Assembly: GCA_903908785.1 (NCBI GenBank)
Contig: CAIVTL010000278.1
Coordinates: forward strand, 1 to 33,806
Source of the DNA: a candidate division WOR-3 bacterium
Lineage (GTDB): Bacteria; Hydrothermota; Tepidihabitantia; Tepidihabitantales; Tepidihabitantaceae
Length of the DNA stretch: 33,806 nucleotides
Reading direction: 5' to 3'
The position numbers were made by a program, and so were the translations under genes. Below, one piece after another: positions 23,311-29,238 of the stretch. Within the stretch, counting starts at the first letter, position 1, and each line of letters opens with the position of its first letter. The notes under the pieces are model-generated. The model searched no databases. It was given only the letters and a program-made list of their open reading frames with translations, and was not told the DNA's origin.

Positions 23311-25050
23311 GTGAAATTACGGCTGCGTTCCTTGTCAGTCCTTGCCGCAGCCTTGGCGCTCCTGTGCGCCGGCTGCGACGAGCACGCGCGTCTCGGCGTT
23401 TGGATAGTCTCCGGGCCGACCCAGGTCGCCCGCGGCGCCATGGCGACCTACGTCGTAAGAAGCGGGTATAGTGGATTCTTCTCGTCTGGTGGAACACTCC
23501 GCTACCGTGTGGAATGGGGCGACAGCATGACCGCGACCAGTGACCCTCGCTCAATTGGTGACACGGTCCTGTTCACTCACGCGTGGCGCAAGTCAGGGAC
23601 ATACACAGTGACGGCTTTGGCCTACGGCATCCCTGATTCGCGTTCGTACCCGCGGTACGTTGTCGTGTCGGATTCCAACGACCCGGTGATTGACTCGGCA
23701 CAGTTCTACTCCGACTGGCGGCCGGCAGAACTTGTCGCCGTCGCGCACGCCCCGGCCGGTGAGAGCCTCAGGCTTGCCGTAGCGTGGGGCGACGGCCAGA
23801 ACGAAACGACCGGGTTCCTGCCCAGCCCCTGCCGACTCAGCGCAATTCACCGCTATGCAGACGCCGCGCACGTGCAGGTCGTGGTCAGGGCCCTGGACGA
23901 GTCCGGCAGGATGTCATTTCCGGACACTCTCTCGGGCTCGGTCTCGACGTATGGGGAGGTCACAAGCTTCAACCTCGGCGACTACTCCGGCTCGCCGGTC
24001 ATCGCTCTCAACGGCTCCGATGAAAACGTCTACCTCATCGGTTCAGACGGTTTCTACGGCCTGCGCCCCGGAGGAGCTAAATACATCTGTCTTGGAGCTT
24101 TCGTTGGCCATCCTTCGTTCTCCAGTCTGACCGCACACGTCTACATCGGCTCGGACGATGGCCGGCTGCATGCTTTTACCCCGACGCTCGGGCTTGCCTG
24201 GAGTTACCCGTCCGACGAATCGATTACCGGCCCGGAGTGGGGGGCGGCCACGGTCAATGGCAGCGCGCTGTATGTGCCGTGCGCGAACGAGAGCATCTAC
24301 TATCTCATTGACAATGGCGCGTCGGTCATCCGTGGGGCTGTGTTCGGCGCTCAGGCTGCGCTGGTTGACGCCCCGGTGATTGACGCCGGTGGCAACGTCT
24401 ACTTTGGGACTGACTCAGGTTACCTGTACAAACTGACCAGCAGCCTTTTCTTCCTCTGGCGCGCACGCCTGCAGGCGGGCGGCGTTATTCACGGCCCGGT
24501 GCTCGACGCCGACGGCACGGTCTACTGTTCATCAGACTCGAACCGGCTCTTTGCCGTGAACCCGGCCGACGGGTCGGTGAAATGGACTGCGGCGCTGGAT
24601 GGTGCCGGCCCGCGACCTGTCGTCGGTTCCGACGGCGTCTATGTCGGCACTTCGACCGGCCATTTCTACCGGCTCGACAAGACCACCGGCGCGATAGCCT
24701 GGGAGAAGCAATTCGAGGGTGCCGAGTTTGCCTCCTGTCCGATACTCGTCGCCTATAGCGTCTACGCGGTCACGACGAGCGACGTTCTCTACTCTCTCTA
24801 CCGGCAGGATGGCTCCACTAGCTGGGTCTGCAATTGCCCGAAGTACCTGCCCAGACAGGGTCGCTACAGGCCACTGCATCTGACCGACTACTACCCAAGC
24901 CCGACCGTGAACTCGTCCGGCGAGGTGTACGTGGTCGGCTCAGAAGCCCTCTACAAGCTCAACACCTACGGCCAACTCGACGCCGCGTCCCCCTGGCCCA
25001 AGTGGCAGCACGACCGCTATAACACCGGCCACGTCGGCGGAGGAAGGTAG
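23311..25050 (+). CDS. PKD-like + beta-propeller lipoprotein (paralog 4)
   Basis: The GTG start lies 6 nt after the upstream stop. Signal peptide LLCAGC. YRVEWGDSMT and LRLAVAWGDGQNETT modules. Propeller repeats. C-terminus WPKWQHDRYNTGHVGGGR. Confidence 0.75.
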   Translation: MKLRLRSLSVLAAALALLCAGCDEHARLGVWIVSGPTQVARGAMATYVVRSGYSGFFSSGGTLRYRVEWGDSMTATSDPRSIGDTVLFTHAWRKSGTYTVTALAYGIPDSRSYPRYVVVSDSNDPVIDSAQFYSDWRPAELVAVAHAPAGESLRLAVAWGDGQNETTGFLPSPCRLSAIHRYADAAHVQVVVRALDESGRMSFPDTLSGSVSTYGEVTSFNLGDYSGSPVIALNGSDENVYLIGSDGFYGLRPGGAKYICLGAFVGHPSFSSLTAHVYIGSDDGRLHAFTPTLGLAWSYPSDESITGPEWGAATVNGSALYVPCANESIYYLIDNGASVIRGAVFGAQAALVDAPVIDAGGNVYFGTDSGYLYKLTSSLFFLWRARLQAGGVIHGPVLDADGTVYCSSDSNRLFAVNPADGSVKWTAALDGAGPRPVVGSDGVYVGTSTGHFYRLDKTTGAIAWEKQFEGAEFASCPILVAYSVYAVTTSDVLYSLYRQDGSTSWVCNCPKYLPRQGRYRPLHLTDYYPSPTVNSSGEVYVVGSEALYKLNTYGQLDAASPWPKWQHDRYNTGHVGGGR

Positions 25051-26907
25051 ATGAACATGAAGTCACGACTTGCGGCTCTCACCGCAGCGGCCGCGACGCT
25101 TCTGATTATCGCAGGCGCAAGTTGCCAACGGACGATTAGGCCACCTGTGTTCGTGTCAGTCCCGGAGACTGTCTTTGCCGGTGAAGTCGCGCATCTGCGC
25201 CTCGTGACGTACGTGCTCGGCTACCAGAGCACCGGCTACGTCATGGACTGGGGCGATACCGTTGAGACTGACTCCGGCCGGTTCCCGCTCGGCGACACAG
25301 GGACCGTCTCCCACGTGTGGTCTGCGCCCGGCGTCAAGCAGGTGCGGGCGCGGGCATTCCCTTTCGCCGACCCGACGCTGCTGACGGACTGGTCTGAACG
25401 TGAAACCGTAGTCGTCGTTCCGGGCGGTGAAGGTGCGCCGGTGATAGACACTGTCTTCGTCGACCCGCCGGTCGCGGTAAGAGGCGTGGAAGGGTCCCTA
25501 ACCGTCGTGGCTCACGACCCAGGCGGCGACAGCATCAGGATAATCCTTGACTGGGGCGACGGCACCGACACGACGACTAACTTCTTTCCCAGCCCATGCA
25601 GCGTCGTGGTCGGTCACACATTTGGACAGGTTGAGACCGCCAGGGTTCTCATTATCGCCCAAGACTGGAAGGGTGCGTCGTCATTGCCCGAAACCGTCTC
25701 TATCCCGGTCGGCACTGCCGGCGGCGTCAACTGGTGGTGGCAGAGCAGCGACCCCGAGAACCCGGGCGAGCCATGCACGACTTCGCCGCTCATTGTCACC
25801 GTCGGCGGCGACGAACGCCTGTTCTTTAGCGACGAGGGCGACGGCAAGTTCTACTCCATCCGTGCTAGCGGCTTTGGGGGTGAGAAGTCAGCGACCACTC
25901 GCTGGCCGGGAGGCACTTTCTCCGGCCATCCGGCGTTCTGCGAGGCGACCCAGCACATCATCATCGGCAGCGACGAAGGCGAACTCTACGCCCTGAAGGT
26001 CGACGGGCTTGGCAAGGACTGGCATTGGCCGGACAATCCTGAATCGCTACTGACTGGTCTCGAATGGGGCGCACCGGCAATCAAGGGCAACCGGCTCTAC
26101 GTCCCGCATGAAGACGACAGCCTGTTTCTATTCGAGGACGTCGGCCTACAGGGCAACCGCGTTGCCGCTTACCCGGTCAACGCCTCGGTGGTTGATGCGC
26201 CGGTGATTGACGCACAGGGCAACGTCTACTTCGGCACGGACTCGGGCTACCTGTACAAGATGGGCCCGGAACTGGACACCGTGTACTGGCGTACGCGCCT
26301 GCTGGCCAACGGCGAGATTCACGGCCCGGTCATCGGCGGTGACGGGGCCGTCTATTGCGCGTCCGACCAGTCCCGCGTCTACGCGATTGACCCAGTGAGC
26401 GGAACCCCGCTATGGACCGCAACACTGGACGGCGACGTATCACGCTTGGCCTTGGGCCAGTCGGCCATCTTCGTCGGCAGCGGCTCCGGCCACGTCTATT
26501 CCATAGACCCGGCAACCGGTGAAAAGAACTGGGAGAAGCAGCTCACCCTGACCGCAGGGTTCAGTACAACGCCCATCGTCGCGGCTAACGGCTATGTGTA
26601 CTTTCAGGATGACGACGACGTGCTATACTGCCTGAACCAGGCCGACGGCACCATCATCTGGTACTGCAAGTGCACGGACTACCTGCCGCGCGCAGGTGGC
26701 GGCGGTCCACACCGGCCGAGAAAGACACAGTTGTTCGACTACGCGCCGAACCCGACGATTCTGGCCAACGGCAACATCATTGTCTGCGGTGACGATGCAC
26801 TCTACTGTGTGGCCGGCTATCCCGAAGGTCCACTCGATGGTGCCGCCCCTTGGCCCAAGTGGCAGCATGACGTGTACAACACCGGATACGTGGGCGGAGG
26901 AAGGTAG
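25051..26907 (+). CDS. PKD-like + beta-propeller lipoprotein (paralog 5)
   Basis: The ATG abuts the upstream TAG. Signal peptide ...IIAGASC. YVMDWGDTVE and IRIILDWGDGTDTTT modules. It is the closest paralog of 21745-23304. C-terminus WPKWQHDVYNTGYVGGGR. Confidence 0.75.
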   Translation: MNMKSRLAALTAAAATLLIIAGASCQRTIRPPVFVSVPETVFAGEVAHLRLVTYVLGYQSTGYVMDWGDTVETDSGRFPLGDTGTVSHVWSAPGVKQVRARAFPFADPTLLTDWSERETVVVVPGGEGAPVIDTVFVDPPVAVRGVEGSLTVVAHDPGGDSIRIILDWGDGTDTTTNFFPSPCSVVVGHTFGQVETARVLIIAQDWKGASSLPETVSIPVGTAGGVNWWWQSSDPENPGEPCTTSPLIVTVGGDERLFFSDEGDGKFYSIRASGFGGEKSATTRWPGGTFSGHPAFCEATQHIIIGSDEGELYALKVDGLGKDWHWPDNPESLLTGLEWGAPAIKGNRLYVPHEDDSLFLFEDVGLQGNRVAAYPVNASVVDAPVIDAQGNVYFGTDSGYLYKMGPELDTVYWRTRLLANGEIHGPVIGGDGAVYCASDQSRVYAIDPVSGTPLWTATLDGDVSRLALGQSAIFVGSGSGHVYSIDPATGEKNWEKQLTLTAGFSTTPIVAANGYVYFQDDDDVLYCLNQADGTIIWYCKCTDYLPRAGGGGPHRPRKTQLFDYAPNPTILANGNIIVCGDDALYCVAGYPEGPLDGAAPWPKWQHDVYNTGYVGGGR

Positions 26908-26982
26908 CGAGTAACGGAACCTGAGGGACTGCTTCCGCCTCACGGCGGGTATCGGAAGCTGCGGAGCTTCCAGGCCGCGCAG

Positions 26983-27483
26983 TTGGTCTACGACGCCACG
27001 GTGCTGTTCTGTGACAGATTCGTGGACAAGCGCTCACGCACGCATGACCAGATGGTGCAGGCGGCGCGAAGCGGCGTGCAGAATATCGCGGAGGGCAGCA
27101 TGGCTTCGGCGACGTCGAAGAGGACAGAGCTGAAGCTGACCGGCGTTGCGCGGGCCAGCCTGGAGGAGTTGCTCCTGGACTTCGAGGATTTCCTGCGCCA
27201 GCGCGGGCTCAAGCTCTGGAGCAAAGATGACCCACGCGCTTTGGCAGTGAGGCGGCGCTATCAGTCAGACCGGTCGGACTTGTCGGACAGAGAGGCGCAA
27301 GCGCAAGCGAGGAAGCGCAAGCAGAGGCCAAGAATCCGATGCTTGAGCTTGGGCTTGAGCTTGGGTAAGCAGCCCCCGCTGCTGCACCGGCAGATGCAGC
27401 AGTTGGAGCAGGCGTTCCTCGCCGAGGGCGGGTTCACCGAGCGGCTGTACCGCGAGCGACGGGCGCGTCGGCAGAACCAGTAG
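26983..27483 (+). CDS. Four-helix-bundle protein with 'suffix' domain (formerly '23S rRNA intervening-sequence protein' family); N-terminus lacks a canonical start
   Basis: VYDATVLFCDRFV...MVQAARSGVQNIAEGS and the C-terminal QQLEQAFLAEGGFTERLYRERRARR are family-like. Conserved-looking residues (PPHGGYRKLRSFQAAQL) continue upstream to the TAG at 26905-26907 with no ATG/GTG/TTG before TTG-26983. Three repeat blocks are inserted between the two domains. Confidence 0.55.
   Translation: MVYDATVLFCDRFVDKRSRTHDQMVQAARSGVQNIAEGSMASATSKRTELKLTGVARASLEELLLDFEDFLRQRGLKLWSKDDPRALAVRRRYQSDRSDLSDREAQAQARKRKQRPRIRCLSLGLSLGKQPPLLHRQMQQLEQAFLAEGGFTERLYRERRARRQNQ
27262..27365. repeat. Three abutting STR blocks: 3 x 9 bp (CAGTCAGAC CGGTCGGAC TTGTCGGAC), GCGCAA-type hexamers, and 2 x 12 bp (GCTTGAGCTTGG)
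   Basis: All lie in frame inside the four-helix-bundle gene and encode QSDRSDLSDREAQAQARKRKQRPRIRCLSLGLSLG. Confidence 0.85.
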
Positions 27484-27497
27484 CCACGCGCGCTTGG

Positions 27498-27525
27498 TTG
27501 AAAGCCGCCGCGTGGCGGCTATTCT
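27498..27525 (+). promoter_or_regulatory. Sigma70-like promoter (TTGAAA-16-TATTCT), 6 nt upstream of GTG-27532; its spacer is also a terminator-like hairpin
   Basis: AGCCGCC-GCGT-GGCGGCT (27503-27520) is followed by ATTCTTTT, which reads as a terminator for the four-helix-bundle gene. The same bases provide the -35/-10 boxes for a leaderless PP-loop ATPase mRNA. Confidence 0.4.
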
Positions 27526-27531
27526 TTTGCC

Positions 27532-28704
27532 GTGACTGAACAACATAAGCCGGTCGCCGTTGCCCTGCTTTCCGGCGGGCTGGATTCGACGCTGGCGGCA
27601 AAGGTGATTCTGGAGCAGGGTATCACGGTTATCGGTATCAACTTCGCCGGGGCATATTGCCCGCGGCCGCTTGCGGGCAAGAGCCGCGCGGAGAAGGCGG
27701 CGGAGAAGCTGGGCATCGAACTCGTGACCCTGCCGATTGACGCGGAGTTCATCGCGATGGTAAAGAACCCGCGACACGGCCGGGGCAGGAACATGAACCC
27801 GTGCATTGACTGCCATACGTTGATGATACGCAAGGCGTGGGCATGGGGACAGACCGAGCCGGAATCCAAAACCCAAAACCCAAAACCTAAGAGCCAGAGA
27901 GATGAACCACCGATGCACTGTCGGACAGGGGCCTCGGCGGCCAACACGGATAACCGGGCAGATGTCTCCGAGAAAACTATCTGTGTTCATCAGTGTCCAT
28001 CTGTGGTTAGCTGGTATGACCGAGCGGATTTCGTCATCACCGGCGAGGTGCTGGGGCAGCGGCCGATGTCGCAGAACCGGAACGCGCTTAACACAGTGGC
28101 CAGCTGGTCCGGCGTGGGAGAGCGGCTGCTTCGGCCGATGTCGGCGAAACTGCTCAACCCAACTGCGCCTGAGCAGGAGGGCCTGGTTGACCGCGAACGG
28201 TTGCTGAACATCGAGGGCAGGCAGCGGAATCGCCAGATGGCGCTGGCCGAGAAGTATGGCATCAAGGACTACCCGTCGCCGGCCGGCGGGTGTCTCTTGA
28301 CCGAGAAGGTCTATTCGAAGCGGCTGGCCGAGGCGTTCGACCACGGTGAGGATTCGCTTGAGATAGTCGAACTGCTTTCACTGGGCAGGCATTTCCGCCT
28401 GCCTTCCGGCGCGCGGTTGGTCGTGGGGCGGGACGAGAGGGAGAACGACGAACTGCTGCGGCGTAAACCGGCGGGCGCGGTCGTGATTGACGCGGGCGAT
28501 TTGCCGGGACCAGTGGGAATACTCGCGAAGGGATCAAGGGATCAAGGGATCGAGGGATCGAGTGACGAAGCGTTGGCCGCGAGGATTTGCGCGCGGTTCA
28601 GCGACAAGCGGAAAGAGAAACTCGCGCGGGTCGTGATTGCGGGCGAGGCGGTTGACGTCGAGCCCGCGAGTGAAGAGGAATCGGCCCGGCTACTGATTGC
28701 GTGA
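27532..28704 (+). CDS. PP-loop (adenine-nucleotide alpha-hydrolase) ATPase, MnmA/ThiI-like thiolation-type enzyme
   Basis: VALLSGGLDST PP-loop close to the N-terminus. NPCIDCH, FVITGEVLGQRPMSQ and YPSPAGGCLLTE are also present. An in-frame foreign segment of about 50 aa (repeat block plus the 107-bp mosaic element, 27865-28009) and an octamer repeat (28530-28561) interrupt the protein. Confidence 0.6.
   Translation: MTEQHKPVAVALLSGGLDSTLAAKVILEQGITVIGINFAGAYCPRPLAGKSRAEKAAEKLGIELVTLPIDAEFIAMVKNPRHGRGRNMNPCIDCHTLMIRKAWAWGQTEPESKTQNPKPKSQRDEPPMHCRTGASAANTDNRADVSEKTICVHQCPSVVSWYDRADFVITGEVLGQRPMSQNRNALNTVASWSGVGERLLRPMSAKLLNPTAPEQEGLVDRERLLNIEGRQRNRQMALAEKYGIKDYPSPAGGCLLTEKVYSKRLAEAFDHGEDSLEIVELLSLGRHFRLPSGARLVVGRDERENDELLRRKPAGAVVIDAGDLPGPVGILAKGSRDQGIEGSSDEALAARICARFSDKRKEKLARVVIAGEAVDVEPASEEESARLLIA
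27865..27899. repeat. STR block, 5 x 7 bp (TCCAAAA CCCAAAA CCCAAAA CCTAAGA GCCAGAG)
   Basis: In frame in the PP-loop ATPase gene (SKTQNPKPKSQR). It directly abuts mosaic element copy 2. Confidence 0.85.
27903..28009. repeat. 107-bp mosaic palindromic element, copy 2 (inverted, with one module transposed)
   Basis: The reverse complement aligns to copy 1 end to end. The exception is the 27-bp module CGCTGTCGGACAGGGGCCGCAGCGGCC, which sits on the other side of the 45-bp AACAC...GTGTT module and is flipped. Confidence 0.85.
28530..28561. repeat. STR block, 4 x 8 bp (GGGATCAA x2, GGGATCGA x2)
   Basis: In frame in the PP-loop ATPase gene, encoding GSRDQGIEGS. Confidence 0.9.
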
Positions 28705-28725
28705 AGCAAGCAGGTTGGAGGAGAG

Positions 28726-29133
28726 ATGGCCCGGACAAAGGTTGAGACCCTTGGATACTGCGGGGCGCGGTGCTTGATGTGTTTCGCCTATAAGAGGACC
28801 GTGTCCGAGGCGGCGAAGGCGCTGCGGCGCGAGTTGCGCGCGGAGAAGCTGAAGGATTCGTGGAAGGAGTTTCCCTTCCTCGCGGACTACGCGTCGTTCA
28901 AGAAGTCGCTGGATGGTCTCGCGGCGCTGCGCTGCACCAAGATGTGCCGGGGCGGCGGCGGGAATCCGTGGTGCAAGATTCGGCGCTGCGCCCAGAAGCG
29001 GAAGCTTGCCGGCTGCTGGGAGTGCGAAGATGCCGACGCGTGCAGTAAGCTGCTCCCGGCCTACCGGCCCAACCTCGACAAGATTCGCCGCGTCGGCCTG
29101 GACCGTTTTCTGGCAGCACGGCCGCGCGCGTAG
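28726..29133 (+). CDS. DUF3795-like Cys-rich protein
   Basis: GGAGGAG RBS. Cys pattern CG.RC..C ... C.K.C.GGGGNPWCKIRRCA....L..CWECED...C, as in DUF3795. Confidence 0.55.
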   Translation: MARTKVETLGYCGARCLMCFAYKRTVSEAAKALRRELRAEKLKDSWKEFPFLADYASFKKSLDGLAALRCTKMCRGGGGNPWCKIRRCAQKRKLAGCWECEDADACSKLLPAYRPNLDKIRRVGLDRFLAARPRA

Positions 29134-29160
29134 GCCATCGGCCGCGACGCGCGTCCGGTA

Positions 29161-29195
29161 ACTGCAAACTGCAAACCGGTCACTGCAAACTGGCC
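29161..29195. repeat. STR block, 5 x 7 bp (ACTGCAA ACTGCAA ACCGGTC ACTGCAA ACTGGCC)
   Basis: Intergenic, immediately upstream of the smc promoter. Confidence 0.85.
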
Positions 29196-29200
29196 TCTGC

Positions 29201-29228
29201 TTGACTTGCCTGTGTCCGCTTCTATAGT
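29201..29228 (+). promoter_or_regulatory. Sigma70-like promoter (TTGACT-16-TATAGT), 10 nt upstream of the smc GTG
   Basis: Near-consensus boxes and no SD sequence. It implies an mRNA with a leader of about 3 nt, effectively leaderless. Confidence 0.5.
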
Positions 29229-29238
29229 TTAGCCCGAA

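Noticed and set aside
18010-26907. Diversity-generating retroelement or phase-variable shufflon acting on the paralogous lipoproteins.
   Set aside because: No reverse transcriptase, template/variable repeat pair, invertase or inverted-repeat-flanked segment was seen in the window. The similarity pattern fits ordinary duplication or gene conversion.
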